Shown: positions 1 through 15,000, numbered from the stretch's first letter. The stretch is 64,000 bases of DNA from Bispira polyomma (GCA_965649765.1 OZ287757.1:9300001-9364000); one strand, 5' to 3'. Made by a program: numbers and translations. The notes: a model not told the origin generated them from the sequence alone.

Positions 1-155
1 AGGTTCTGCACTGAAACCAGCGGCCCTCAGTAAGGAACTACCACCTTTCCCACATAGGCATCGACGGGAGTCAAACCCATGCCAGCCAATCCCAGAGGTG
101 AGAGACCAGTAATTGTAAAGCGCAATGCTTGCTAACCACTAGGCCACCGTGGCCC
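1..155 (-). mobile_element. Same tRNA-derived SINE family, cut by window start
   Basis: Matches 32033-32183 and the reverse complement of 63421-63570. Confidence 0.85.
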
Positions 156-453
156 TGACCCTTAATAATAGGGCATTATTGGCAATAATGTGTTTTGGAA
201 GATCCCTAGCATCATTAAGTTATCAGTAGATAAGGAAAAATAAATATTTGAGCCTAAATAACTTCTGATTAAATGTATTAACGTCTAAACAGATTTGGAG
301 AACTATAGTTAGACAGTTATATTGTGACAAAAATGCCAGTGAAACTATTAACACAATATACAAAATTTTGTTAGTAAAAGCATGTGACATGCATACCAGG
401 AATATATGTTTTGTTTCTGAGGACAATCATGGAATCTTGTGTCTTTGTTGTAG

Positions 454-2105
454 AATATACAATGCTGTACACCCAGACCACTTGGACCCGTTTGGACTGG
501 TGCTTGTGCACTCCATCTGTCTATCTCTGAGAGGTAACTCTTGAAGGTTCTTGGCCGTGCTCCAATTACTGATATACTTGATATACTCCAACATAATAAT
601 ATCGTGTGATTTAACAATATTCCATTGTAAACCACCATCATATCCATATGCCAGCATATGGCTATTGCTTTTTTTAATTAAAATGCATTTACCAGTATAT
701 GGCAAAATCCATTGCTAGTAATGGGTTGTCAAAGGTAAAATGTTGTTGAAGGTTAGTGTTTCAATTTCATAATGTAGGTTATCGACTAGCAGACAATGCA
801 AATTGTTACTTCGAGAACCTGTTTATTAGAAAGCAGTTAACACACCCAAAAATATTGTTTTATTTCCCTTCAAATCCTCTCAATAGGAAATTGTTAGTAC
901 AACAGAATCCCCCATTCAAAAATGATACCCAAGGCTTTTATTGAATGCTGGAAGTAGTCAGTGGTGTGCATTTTAATGACTCCATCTATCTGTAACCTAT
1001 TACCTAAAAAAGTACATGAAACTAATTGAATACAGTATAAATCATTTCTGAATGGGTTTTGTTCATCTTTAGGACTCGGGTCCCACTGTCTATATGTTTT
1101 ACAAATATATTAGTCTTTATCTTACAGGACTTGTCAATGGAATTGTATTTCTAACTGTGAACAGAAGCAATCTGGGTAGCTTGAAACCCTCCCAGTTACA
1201 TGTGAGTTTATCAGAGATATAATGATAAAATAATTATATGTCCATATGTTGGAAGCCACAATTACCTTGCATGAATCATCTCTACCATAGCTTTATCATG
1301 AGTAACTCTTTTTTTACAATACAGTGGACAATTAAGTGGCCAATTACTTGTTAAAGCATATGACTGATGTCATCATACAGTAAAACAATAGGGAACCCTC
1401 TCAATTTGGTCTTTATTGCCAGGTGGTCGTTATATAGAGGTTTAATTTTGCTGAACATTAGCCTTGGGAAATAATAGTGCTGTCTTTATACAGAGGTGGC
1501 TCTCTCTATAAAGGTTTTCTCGCCAGGTTTGACTGTATGCCAATTTGAGAATTTAGTTAGGGGCCTCGGTGGTGTATGTGTAGCAATGCCCAGCCTGACA
1601 TGCATGTTCGGAAATGTATCAGACGACTATTGCTAAAGGCAAGTGGTTTACACTTTAGAAATTGTGACCTACTACATGGCTCGGCCTTCCTCCACCAGTA
1701 GACTGTCCATTGCAATGCAATAGTTGAAAGCAATGTCAAAAAATCAAATAACATCAACATCATGATAAACTACGGCCTAATTTATACGGCCTAATGTAGC
1801 TAAATTATGTAGTATTCATGTGAATACAAATGTGAATGTATTTCTTTGATTTTCCAAAGGTTGCATGTCTGAACTGGAGACAAAGAGATGAAAATTTAAT
1901 ACAAGAATATGATACCACAAGCTCTCAGCAGATCGTTCACAGCCTGAACGTGCCGGCCGCCCAGAGGGCGGAGCCACAGACTACAGATACTGTAGTAACG
2001 CCACAATCTGTGGAATTAGAGGAATTGGACAAACAATTTTATGAAATGACCAGAAACATCAAAAATTTTGGAGCAGAGCTTGAATCCGCTAGTCCTAGGG
2101 TGTAG
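454..2105 (+). CDS. 3' part (last three exons) of a 7TM receptor, cAMP-receptor-like (CrlA)/GPR157-like; exons 454-533, 1128-1201, 1860-2105; 5' exons lie upstream of the window
   Basis: AG/GT boundaries with compatible phases (2/1, 1/0, 0/stop) splice to ..IYNAVHPDHLDPFGLVLVHSICLSLRGLVNGIVFLTVNRSNLGSLKPSQLHVACLNWRQRDENLIQEY...SPRV*; the LHSICxxLxGxxNxIVF segment resembles TM7 of CAR-like/GPR157-type GPCRs (recognised from memory, not searched). Confidence 0.6.
780..1060. repeat. Unclassified dispersed repeat family (other copies ~2210-2460, 8270-8710, 36710-36910, and ~54930-55230 reversed)
   Basis: Shared ttcagttcct..aggaaattgttagtac..ttattgaat..gacttcagctat.tgtaacctattacc blocks. Confidence 0.6.
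1378..1535. mobile_element. Tc1/mariner(pogo)-type MITE
   Basis: TA|CAGT..ACTG|TA termini with internal aggtggtcgttata-type repeats. Confidence 0.6.
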
Positions 2106-3071
2106 AACTAAGCAGAACCAAAAGACTCCCTAGACATACGTAGCTTGTGGTTTGGTTCATCGAAGCATGGTAGCCTGGTCATTATAAAGACATGCTTCAA
2201 CTGTTTCGACCCCAAGATTGTCGACTAGCAGCTGATGATATTTGTTACTATCAGAACCACCAAAAAATATTCAAAAAATATTTACCTTCAGTTCCTTGCG
2301 ATAGGAAATTATTAATACGATAGACTTCTCTGTTAAAAAATATATATATACGTGAAGCCGCTATTTCATGCCGAAAGTTGTCTGTGATGTGTATTGTAGT
2401 GACTTCAGCTATATGTAACCTATTACCTGAAATCTTTAACTTGGGGTTGAAAAGGTCTTTTCACCTTTGAGGACACAGGGATAAAATTTCACTGTATCCT
2501 TCATGTAGAAAATTTATCAAACATTTTGCTGTAACCAATTGACCTCAAGCCGTTACAGGAATGAGCATAGGTCAGAACAAGTACTGATTATGTATAATTT
2601 TCTTATTTTGATCTGTATAAAAAGGTTATTCAGGCCACAATTTTCTTTGATGTTTTGAAATGAAACAAAAATTGAAGAGGCAATCAGAACATAAGAATCA
2701 AACATAGTCGCTTCACTATATATCACCTGTAAGTTCAAAGAAAAGTAACTTCTCTGATCAAATTGGTCCAACTTTAATGTTTGACTGTTATAGCTGGGAC
2801 TGTGGAAAGTTCCAGGGCATTTGCAGTGTAAAATTTTGTTTAAATTCCAATACATATAAAGATTACTGATTGTGCTACATTTTTTATTAATAATAATCAA
2901 TTAACAGTACAGAGTAAAAATAAATCCTACAAAAATATACATCTAACATTTATAATCTAGCTAAAGTCATATTAAATTAGCAGTTTCTATTTAAACTCAA
3001 CAAATTTGAAAGGCTCACCATATTTGGTTATATATACATAAAACCAAGCAAAATTGTTTAAATCTTTCCAG

Positions 3072-6000
3072 TTATTTCTTCATGTTCCTTCTTTTGGGTG
3101 TAGCTCTGCCGGCTCGGCCTCTTTTGGCATATTCTAAGTCTTCTTTGGCCTCTGCCTTAGCCTTAGGTTCTTTTCCTTTAGCTATTTCCTCTGTCTCTAT
3201 ACGTTTCCGTTCTCTTGACTAAGAGCATAACGATATATATTAAAAAATCAATAGATTCCAATATGATGTGTTTAACTCAATGTGTTGCTATATAAAGTTG
3301 AAAAATGTACAGCAATATGTATTGGTGCATCATTCTCACAGCAAAATCATTGAACAATACTCACTTATTGGTATTCTACAAATAAATATGTATTTATCGG
3401 CAACAAAATCGGAAATAAAGCCATGGATGAAGTCTACACAAAATAAATTATTATTATTCCAGATCCACTACTTTCGGCGCTTGTTAATGAAACTTAGTTA
3501 TATTTTTGCAAATGTATTACTGAAATACGATCCAAAATATTGCACTACATATTACAAATACAAATATCACAATATGTTGCAGTATGATAAATATGTTTAC
3601 TCTGGACTGTCCACATACTTTGGTCCCTATTTAAAATACTACAAGTGCTACAAGTAACACAAATCAATAAAGAAATTAAGAAATATATTCCTCAAGGTTC
3701 CTCATGATAAGTCCAGGATACACAGGTTAAAGGTTCATTTTGGCAAAAGGCTTGAATGTAATGGTCCTAACCTGTGGAATAAGGATATTGCACCAGGACA
3801 TCTCCCTACCTTACTTTCCTCCATCACAGATTAAAGGCAGATTTGTTTAATAATGCATTCCCTCCATAACTGTCTTTTTTATTTAGTTTTGCTGTTTTCG
3901 CAATTATGATTTTTGCATTCCAGTTATCATTTAACTCCACACATTAGCATTTGATACAATCAAAAAGAAGCATTAACAAAGATTGATAATAATAAAATGA
4001 CAATTTTCAGGCACAATACTCACCTCTGCATTGGGCAGCGACTTTTTTAACATGATCCTTCCCTTTGCCATGACCTTGTCTCCGTGGTAGAGAACAGGAT
4101 GCACGTAAAAAGCTACAGTACTGGAAGGATCCTCTGGATCATCGCTACCCCAATAGACCTCCTGGTAAGCATCTCCCATCCAGCGACCACCCAACCCTGG
4201 AGTGTCAAAGGTCATCTGTGGTCTTTGCAGAACCATCTTCCAGACAATGGAGCAGGCACGCTCAGTGTACACATCTACCTCTGCCACATGTTCAACAATG
4301 TCCTCCTCAACATCTGGGTGATTCTCTGCCAGTGCGGTGTAAACAAGCTGAAAATAAATCGAGTATAGGACTAGTATATTTTAAAATATCTTATAAAACT
4401 GTCATGGTGGCAGCCTATTACAGTCAGATTGTCATAATCTTAAGTGACCTAGTGGTTAGGCAGTTGATGATGGTCTACTGATCAGAAGGTCTAAGGTTCA
4501 ACTCTACCTGTGTTAATACTGCTAGGTTCATTGGTGGAGTAACATCTTTATGAAATATGTGAACATGACATCAGAGACTTTTCGCAGAACGGTTTATATT
4601 ACTGTATGTAGAGCTATAACCACGTAGGTTGTAATTACAGTGTGTAAAATCATTAAAAATGCATATTTAACACGAATGGTTTCTTAAAGATATCCTTAGA
4701 GGGTAAAAATATTGTATATTATATTCACATTATGTAATACAATATACTGGCTACATAATGCAACACCTGAAATATAAATATACCCAGCAGTTATATTAAT
4801 GACAGCTCCGTTAAGCAAGAGGATAATGGCCTCACGGCCATATCGTGATAATGCCACTACAAATCATAAGTTACTGACAAGTCTGCAAAAAGTAAACTAG
4901 TCACTAGTCAGTAATCAAAATAGATTTCGAGAACCGTCTACTGTGGGTACCCAGTTGGGTAAACCTAAGGCAAAATTCAAAGTAAAATCTGAAACATATG
5001 TATAAACAACCAAATCGCCTTAAAAAATGTTTTGACAATTTATTTTTCACATAAGTTTGCTTTAAAACCTGATAAAAACAATTTTTTAAATATTTTGGTA
5101 GCTCACAAAAGTTGGTTTGTTTACCTACAAAACTATTGGTTTTTTTTTGATAGCTCTAGAAACGACCAAACAATAGTATATTTTCCAATTTTAATATTTT
5201 CATTTTTACCTGTTATAGCTTGCAAAACGTCCGAAGATAGTGAACCACTAGTTACTATGCCTATGGACAAAAGAAAGTACTAAGCGACAGAACAGAAGCC
5301 ACTGTAGCACCCGAAACAAATCTATCACTTAAATTAATTCCTTGCTAATCAAAGCCCATGTTTAATCCAATTACAGATTTTTTTTTACTAAACTGTCGCT
5401 GTTCTATGGACAAACATTTTACAAATCACAAAAGGTATACATAGATTAATTATTTTAGTCACACTTACTTGAATCCTTTAATAATCTTAATCACAACACG
5501 TAAATAAAATAGCACTCAGCTAAAATGGCTAATACGTTTTAAGCTTATAAATATAATACACACACATAAATAGTCAAGAGAATAAATTTATTTGTTTCCA
5601 GGGGGATACGTTATTTTGCAAGGGCATGGCCATATTTTGTATCCCCACTCCCCACACACTTTTTTTAGCGCTACACTTGGTTCAATTATATTTGTTACCA
5701 AACAAAAAAAACATCCATTTCTGACCCCATATGGTTTATTCCTATCGTGACACATACAGCTTCTGTAATTTTTATCCTTTAAAATATTCCAGTTAACCTG
5801 TATGCAATATATTGGGTTCACAATATATTTTTTTTCTCAGCTTGATACAGTAAGGAATCTAAAAGTTGCTCCTTTATCAAAAATTCGCCACCCCTAAAAT
5901 TTAAGCCAAATAAATAAAAACTGACACCAAATTTAAGAGCACAACTCACTACAGATTCAGAGATTACCCTGTTGACACGTTGTAACTATGCGTAACCAAG

Positions 6001-9000
6001 GTTCTTCCACTATTACCTTTCTACAGGAAAGCATGATTATGCCAATAAGCATTGGCATAATCATGCAAAAAACCTGATTTAACAGTTTTTAGCTATTTAC
6101 CATGTAATAGTGAGATCGCCTGCTTGTGGACGTTATGGTCTTTGTGAAATATTAAAATTGTTGTGTGTGGTATTATCTTTTACGTACGTGCAGATCGATA
6201 AAAAAATGTTCTGCAAAAAATCTTTATTGTCTACTGATGCCGACACATCCTATATTGTGGCACTATTTCTTTTGAGAATAAACAAGCACCTTATATGATG
6301 ATATATGAATAGGGTGCTATACAAAACATAATAATAATGGTCTCCCTGGTTACGTGGTGAATAACAATCCTGGACAAGATGCAAACACACCGTTGTCTAC
6401 TGATAATAACAAAAGCCATATTGTAAGAATATCCCTTGTTAGAGAACAGTCACCATAACAGATGCATACATCATAATAATGAAAACCTTTTTGAGTGACA
6501 TCCTTGGCAAAAAAGTAATTTATCAGGTTGCAGGTATCTGGAGTCACTAATACACACATCACAGAATACTTCAGAAATTTCATAACAGTCTCATGTATAA
6601 TATTTTGAATAAAGAATTATGCAGGACTAACATACATGCCTTTGACAAATACATGCTACTCGACAGAGAGGGTACTTAAAAAGTTATTGTTGCACTATGA
6701 TTTAACAAAAACAAAATGGTTTACCTGTCGGAATTGTTTGCAGTCTACCTTATCGGCTCGGGCTCTCAGTATGTCCCCCACTGCATTTTCAAACTGTTGG
6801 AAATTGCTCCCTCTGCATTCGTCTTGCTTTCTACTAGATTTGACTTGCTTTTCTTTCTACAGAAAAATACATAAAGCTTGATACAACTGATCGACATGGG
6901 GAGGACATAAAGTTGCCCACAATGGTCACAAAGTCATCTACCCATGTTGCTTAAAATATTGTTGTAAAACACATGACTAAATTTTATTGTGTGCTAAACA
7001 CCTTTAATTGATATTTATTTATTTTTATTTAAATGTCGCACTTTGTACCTATGTATTATCTTGTGCGACCAGTTACGGATAATGAGTTTTCTCAAACAAG
7101 AAGCACCAGCCTTGTATACTACTAATTTTCCCCAACATACACAAGTTATATAACAAGATACATGCCCTCAGCCTGAGTCAGCATTAGCCACCATTCTACA
7201 TTAAAGTGGACTAAAAGCTAGAGTTGACACTTAAGTATCTTTTTTCGAACACCTTTTATTGCATATGATGACAGGGTTTAACTATTTTCATTAAAATACA
7301 TTTTGCAGTGAACTGTCGCTTATAGAGAGACAAATACCATTTCGGTGAAATATTAATTAATACAATTATATTGTCAAAATGACATAACAATAAAAAGTCT
7401 ACCAATAAACAACAGTTATAATTGTTCATTTTAAGTACAATATGGTGTGAACGAAATAGGTTAATCAGTAGTTCTATCAAAAAAACTTATATGAACTCAT
7501 TTGTAACTCCAATAAAACAGTATCGAAATCCCTTTCAACATCACCAAACCTATTTAACATTGTAACTTAAATTAGACAGGATTAGGTTGCTTTAAGTTTA
7601 ACTTTACTGCAAACAACCACCCTTCAGCAAGTCTACTGCCAACTTCTCTGCATATATGGTGTGGACAAAATTCGAACCCCTGACATAGAGGTGGGATGTT
7701 AGTGTCTTATCACTACACCAATGAGTAATTCGAGGTAACATTTAAGTTGACATCATTGTAAGCCTTCAGAAATGGAACCGTGGCTTTTAGAGAGACAGAT
7801 ACGATTTGGGTGAAATATTAAATTATAAAATGTTATTGTCAAAACGACATGACAATAAAAAGTCTTTTGAACAATAAAAATATGATCACCACTGATCAAG
7901 GTAACAGGGTGCTATCATATCACCACTCTTGCAGCATGTAGCAGTGAACAGCATTTCTTACTCCATAACCTATATCTGTTGAAATATATAGACACCTCAA
8001 AAATATAATTATATTTTCCTTCAGTTTCTCGCATTAGGAAATTGTTAGTACAGCAAACCTAGTCCGTTCCACACTTCTACCCCACCCTACGACCCCAAAA
8101 GAAAACTATCGCCGGGAAATGAAGGAAATTCAATAACTACCTCATGGGGAAGTATGCTGTAGTAACCATTTCCTATTGTGAGTTTTATTAACCCTTGCGA
8201 CCCCTGTGTTGTTGGCAAGTGGTGGCTTTTTTTACCCCTTTTTTACTCTCCGCAATCAGTCGAGACTGCTTCAATTTTCCTTCAGTTCCTCTTAATAACA
8301 AAATTGTAGTATAGCAGACTCCTTTGTTTAAACAAAATACTTAAGGCTGTTATTGAATTCCCGAGTTAGTCTGTGGTATTATTATTATTATTATGCATTT
8401 TTAACATGCTTTATTGATGCTTGGCATCTTCTAAAGCGCAACAGCAGAATCAGTGATCCAATCGTAAAGTCCATGGGCATAGCAAGGTCATAAGGGTAGG
8501 GGGGTTAACAGATGGTTAATCAGCAAGCAACCAGACTGGGTGTTAACCCACCCCGTAGCATCCGGCGGCAAGGGGCGCAACTCCCTTTTACGTTTCACAT
8601 GGTGAAGGGTGCCGTGGTATGTTTTAGCGACTTCAGCTATCAGTAACCTATTACCAAAAACTTTCTTTTCAGGCTATAGTTTTTTCTTGTGGTCGAAAGG
8701 GCTAAAAGTAATGTTTAAGTATAAATTAATTATCCTTATCTTCCATCAGTTTTCATCACAAAAAAAATCAGGCGAGATACCTGATTGATGAAAAGCATGG
8801 GTTGGTCAACTTGTTCAAGCGGAGCACGTATTTGTGTCACCATCTCACTGTATACTGATGTTATCACCTTCTGTGCAATCTGTGTGAAATAGAAAAAGCT
8901 ACTGAATGAAAACTGGCAACATAGCATTGTAATTTGTGTTAAAACAAAGCATTGTATTTTGTGTTAAAACAATACAACATTATTACATGTCTGTTTTTCC

Positions 9001-12000
9001 CTTGTATTTATTCTACCCGAACTTTTACAAATCATGTTTCTATTATAAAGAAGGCTAATTGCAGGAGAAATTTTTAATCAGATGTTAGTTTGCACAAGAA
9101 CATTCACAGAAAACAAAAGTTACTGACATTATTATATTGAACTGTAATAATTGAACCATATTACCAATTATTTGTCAATTAAAGTTCACAGTTTTTGGTT
9201 TTCATGGTTATTTCTGAAATATAATTGTATATTACTGGATAATTTATCTTGACTAATAGAGTGTTCATGTAAGACATTTATATAACTCAAATATTGACAT
9301 AATATAATTTCTGATAAGACAGTGTTTAACAGTATATTATTATTATTATTATTATAGATTTTTAACGCGCTTTATTGATGCTAGGCATCTTCTAAAGCGC
9401 AACAGCAGAATCATTAGTCCAATCATTAAGTCCATGGAAATTGCAGAGTCATAAGGAAGGAAGTGGGAGCGTGCACGAGGAAAGCTAAGGTGGGTAGGCA
9501 AGATTAAAAAGATAGGTTTTAAGCTTTTTCCTAAAACTGATAAGTGTGTCAACTGATCTGAGGTCAACTGGGAGACTGTTCCATAACCGTGGAGCTGCGG
9601 TGGAGAACGCTCTGAAACCCGCCTTTCTGATTGGTCTAACCGAAGTGACAGAGAGTCTGTTGCCTCTCTTGCGGTCACTAAAGGAAAGAAGGGAGGCAAG
9701 GTAGGGTGGCTGTTGAGTGATTACAGCCTTAAAAGTGGTAACGTGAATTTTAAACAAAATTCGAAATTCAATGGGCAACCAGTGTAATTTTTTGAGGTAA
9801 GGAGTAACGTCTGTGCGACAACCCAGGCGAAAAATGACCCTACATGACTACGGCACCCTTCACCATGTGAAGCGTGAAAAGTGAAAGGGAGTTGCGCCTC
9901 TTGCCGCCGGATGCTACGGGGTGGGTTAATACCCTTCACCATGTGAAGCGTGAAGCGTGAAAGGGAGTTGCGCCCCTTGCCGCCGGATGCTACGGGGTGG
10001 GTTAATACTCAATCTGGTTGCTTGCTGATCAACCAGCTGTTAACCCCCCTACCCTTATGACCTTGCTATGCCCATGGACTTTACGATTGGATCACTGATT
10101 CTGCTGTTGCGCTTTAGAAGATGCCTGGCATCAATAAAGCGTGTTAAAAATGCATTATTATTATTATTATTATTACATAGGTAGTTTTGGATGGACTGGA
10201 GCTTTTTAATGTTTGACTTATTTGCTTTGTACAAGAGAGAATTGCAGTAGTCGAGGCGGCTACTTACAAGGGCATTTGCCACAATTACCACTGTGCCCAT
10301 GGACAAGTGGTTTCTGATTCTTTTGATGTCGCGTATGTGGTAATAGCAGGAGCGACAGATGTTGGCAACACGAGTATCGAACGAAAAAGCTGAATCAAAA
10401 GTGACACCCAGGTTTTTAGCATTTTCGGAAGGTAGTATGTCTTTTCCCAGCAGGGAGATGGGAAACAAAGATTTTAGGAGTTCACTGTTTTTCTTGTTTC
10501 CTATGAGGATGAATTCTGTTTTGTCAGGGTTAAGCTTTAGTTTGGAGTAGTTCATCTACGCCTGGACATCAGACAGACAGTCTGCAAGTAGGTCTATGTT
10601 AGTATCTGCGTTTTGTGGATTGAGAGAGAAATAGACTTGAGTGTCGTCTGCATACATGTGGTGTTTTATATTGTGTTTATTGATGACAGTGCTGAGAGGA
10701 TGTGTATAAAGGGTGAAAAGTAGAGGACCAAGGACGGATCCCTGGGGTACTCCATATGGAAGTTTTATGGAAGATGATAGGTGATCATCTAGTTTAATTC
10801 TTTGTGCCCTAAGAGTAAGGTAGGATCTGATCCATTTAAGGACACTGCCATTTATACCGAACCACTGCTTGAGAGTGTCGCAGAGCAGGACATGATCAAT
10901 AGTGTCGAATGCAGCTGAGAGATCCAGAAGGGTGAGGGCCACTGTGTCGTTGCGGTCCAGTGCAAGATTGATATCATTGCTGATGGAAAAAAGGGCACTT
11001 TCTGTAGAGTGAAATTTTCTATAAGCAGAGTGGTGGCGATTTTCAATGTTTTGTCTATTAAGGTGGTCAGAAATTTGTTTAGCTACAGCTTTCTCGATGA
11101 CTTTTGAGACGAAGCTAAGGTTTGACACCGGTCTGTAGTTTTTGAGATGGTTTTTATCAAGCCCTTGTTTTTTAATCAAGGGAGTTACATTTGCCGTCTT
11201 GAAACAGGTGGGAAAAACACCATCCCGAAGAGAAAAATTTAATATATTTGTTATGGGTGTGACAAGAATGTCAAGACATTGACTCAGAATAACTGCTGGG
11301 ATGGGATCTAAGTCACAAGATTTAATAGTAGACGATTTGATGAGTTTCAGAACTTCAAGCTCTGACAGTGTACTAAAATGAAACAGGTTACAAACCTTAT
11401 ATCCTGGGGCTGGAGGATTGAAGTGATGTATCGTTGGGAAGGCGTCACGAATGTTGCTGATTTTTTCCAAATTTTTCTGCTAAAAAAGTAAGACAGTGGT
11501 TTATGGGGAGAACCTTCTCTGATGTTCGATGTAGAATTTTGTTTATGGAGGCCCATAACCTTTTGGGATTATCCTGATTATCGGTGATGATGGAGTCGTA
11601 GTGTTGCTTTTTGGCATCAGTTATTAGCCTGTTGTAATTATTTGTGGCGATACGGTAACGGCTTCTGTCTAAGGAGGATTTTGTGCGTCGCCATTGACGC
11701 TCAAGTTGGCGTTTGCGTCTTTTGGCTTCTGTAATGGCGGCATTGGTCCATTCATGGTTGTTAGTTGGGGGAAGGGTTTTTGATACCCATGGCGCATGTT
11801 TATCAAGGACAGTAGAAAGGCAGTGATTGTATTGTAAGCTAAGGCTTTCAGCATTTTTGCATGGATGTTTGATGAGATTAGTTTCCAGGATATCGTCTCT
11901 GAATTTGTTTATATTAATTTTTCTGATGTTTCTGTATTTTATGACACGAGGTTTATGTGAGGCAGGTATTGGTAAATTTTAATAGGCGAAGGTTGCTAGG

Positions 12001-15000
12001 TGATCTAAAATCCCATCAGTAACCCATGATTCTCTGATGAGATTTGAATTTGGTCTTGCGATTACCAGATCGATTATGTGATTGTGGATGTGGGTTGAAG
12101 TAGAGATAAACTGTGAGAACCCAAAAGTGTCGAGGAGGGTGTTGAAATCTTTTGTCGCAGTATTTTCTATGTCAAGCTTGATGTTGAAATCACCAAGGAT
12201 GATAGCTTCAAATGGGAGAAGGTTAAGGGTCTCAAGGAATTCGGAAAACTCTTGAGTAAAACTAGTTAAAGAAGGGATGGGTGGTCTGTAAAAGGAGGAA
12301 ACTAGGAATAAATGATAACCGTTTGAAATTTTGCATGAAATGTGTTCGAAAGACGAGTAGGACTGGTTTTTTAGAATATCACAGGGTATTTTTCACAAAA
12401 ATGCCAACTCCTCCCCCGCGTTTGTGCAACCTGGGGAACTGATGAAATTTGTAGCCCGGAGGAGTAATATCCGATAAAAAGGATGTCGTATCCCTACTGC
12501 TGAGCCACGTCTCGGAGACGGCAGCAACATCCAGGTCCTGGGCTATGACTAAGTCGATAGCCGCAGGTGCCTTATTCTGCAAGGAAAGGGCATTAAATGC
12601 ACCGATCTTAAGCAAGGATGCTGGGGGACCCGGATTAATGCTGACGTCCCCGCAGAGCGCAGTCAACAGAGGGATCCAGATACTGTTAACCCTGGGGTTT
12701 GGACGGCGGGTAATGTGAATTTGAAAAGCTAAAAAAGAAGTGTTCACCTTATCCAGGGAGGCTAGTAGAGATGGACCAAGTGCAAATTGGTCGAAAAAAG
12801 GTGTATTGGATGGAGAGCAGGCGCTCCATTTATGTAATCTGACACCGGCCAGAATAATACACGGGAGAAGTGTTAAACAGAACTTCCACATCTCAGATTT
12901 GAAGGAGCAGTAGCAAGAAAAAGAACCAAATATAAATCACAGCTAGACAGAATCAAAATGAAAGATGTAGTTTATTCTATGTAAAAACACTTGTAGTATA
13001 AAAATATGTGAACAAAGTCACATAGAATAAAAGGAAATGCGAAAATAGCAGAAGAAAAACGAATGCGTAAAACGGGAAATGTGGGCGATAATAACAGAAA
13101 GTTAAACAGCTAGGTGATAAATGGCAAGAAAAGCCCTATAAGACAGACAAAGTAAATATGATAAAAAGAACTGTAATTAATCAAAATATATAATGTTTTT
13201 CGCCATAACTCGAGGTACCAGTAAGAATTTTACAATTCGCGAAACGGAAATTTTAAAATGCTACTTAACTGGTGCACGCTAAACCACAATATGACTAAGT
13301 CGATATATCGTATTGATGATACACTAAACTCCAGCCTCAACTGTCTTGGGTTCGAAACTTAGTCCTGGCATGTTTGTGGGAAAGTTGACAAAGGACTTGC
13401 TGGAAAGTGTGTGGTTATTAGAGCAGAAAACCTTGACCAACTACCCTGCCTATTATTGTACACAAAACATGTTGAAAACCTTAAGTAAGTCAACATCATA
13501 CTATCATTGTATCACATCACAAATACAGACCATCAGAATATCATGCAATAATGTCAGCCTCTCGCGTTCAGATTCCTCAGAAGGGTCATCCATATAGTCA
13601 TCCAGTGCATTCTTGGCATCCAGCCAAGCATCTGAACAGAACATCTGGTATGCCTCCGATACATTCATGGGTCTGTTCTTGACGCATATATTTTCCAGGC
13701 TGCTCTCGTCGCGCGATACCTTCACTTCCATTTCTTTAGAGAGCCTGAAATGTCACAAAACATAATGACATGGTCAAGTTTTTACTTAAAAACATGTTTG
13801 ACTGAACTTATGCTAGACAAGCAATGCATCCTGTATTTAATATCAAATTCAGCTTTGTGTAACTTTTCACTGCCTTACGTTTTCAAAAGTGTTTGTTTTT
13901 TCATATTGATAATTATCACGGTATTCCCCTATTTCTAGTAATCATTTTCCATCAGTAACTAAGGCCAAGTGGTTAGATGCAATAATAGGCGTGTCATTGG
14001 CAGAGGAACATCAAAACAGGGCAGTTGGTCAAGGTTTTGTGTCTGCTTTACAATCACTGGTCTGTCACTTTGTGTGTTTTATCCTATTTGTTCCTTTATG
14101 TGAGAAGTTTTGTCAGGTACCTACAACAGGTCAGTGGCCTACATTGTTTCAGCAATGTTTTCTTTACTAAATCTGAACCTAAGCTGTTGAAAGCAACGTA
14201 AAACCCAACTAGTTCAAATTCACCAGTAACTGTGAATCCTCCTAACTGAAGACAGGCTACATGGTGGCACAATTTGTCCACCTTTCAAAGAATCTTTAGC
14301 CAATATGTATGTACCTGTAACCCCAGGTTTGTACAAAACAGGTCCTGTGTGTTCATTAGATGTGATAAGCAATGTAAATTAAGTATAAACAATTATTTCA
14401 ACATTTGCGACAAAGTGTAAACACCAGAGTTGAAATAGACAATCTTGACACAAAATCATTAGACAAGTTGTCACACTTCACCTCTCGCATTATTCAAGTT
14501 TGGCGATATTCACTAATCAAGAGCACCAGGCCTCAAAATCAAAGGTTAACCTCTCATTTGATAGGCAGTAGTAGTTTCACAGTTTCAAATGTATAACTCA
14601 TGTCTACTAGTATAACAAGCCTCTTGTTCAATATTATGAGCAGGGCCACTGTCTCGAAGTGGTTAGAAATGTCTGCTTCACTATCACTGGTTTCTCACTG
14701 ATGTGGGTTTCAATCCTGTTCGTTCTTTTATGTGGAAAGTTTGCGAGGAGGTGCCATAGATCGGTGGTTTACAAGTACTGGAGTCTTTCAGCAGTGAATG
14801 TGGTTGTCGTTGTATCACCTACACTGTTGGAAGTGACATAAAAACCCAACTAAACTAGTATTCAATACTTACAGCTCACTTAGCTACAGACCTAGACCTT
14901 TAAAAATTGCCAGGTTTTTGCATTTAAAATGTACCAAAGTTAAAGTTATGGGACAATTTGACACATACAGCAACAATTTCTAAGTTGAAGCGAAATAATC

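Noticed and set aside
9886-9900. IRF-E-like GAAAAGTGAAAGG
   Set aside because: Produced by a small internal duplication in the SINE-like head, inside a LINE; no promoter context
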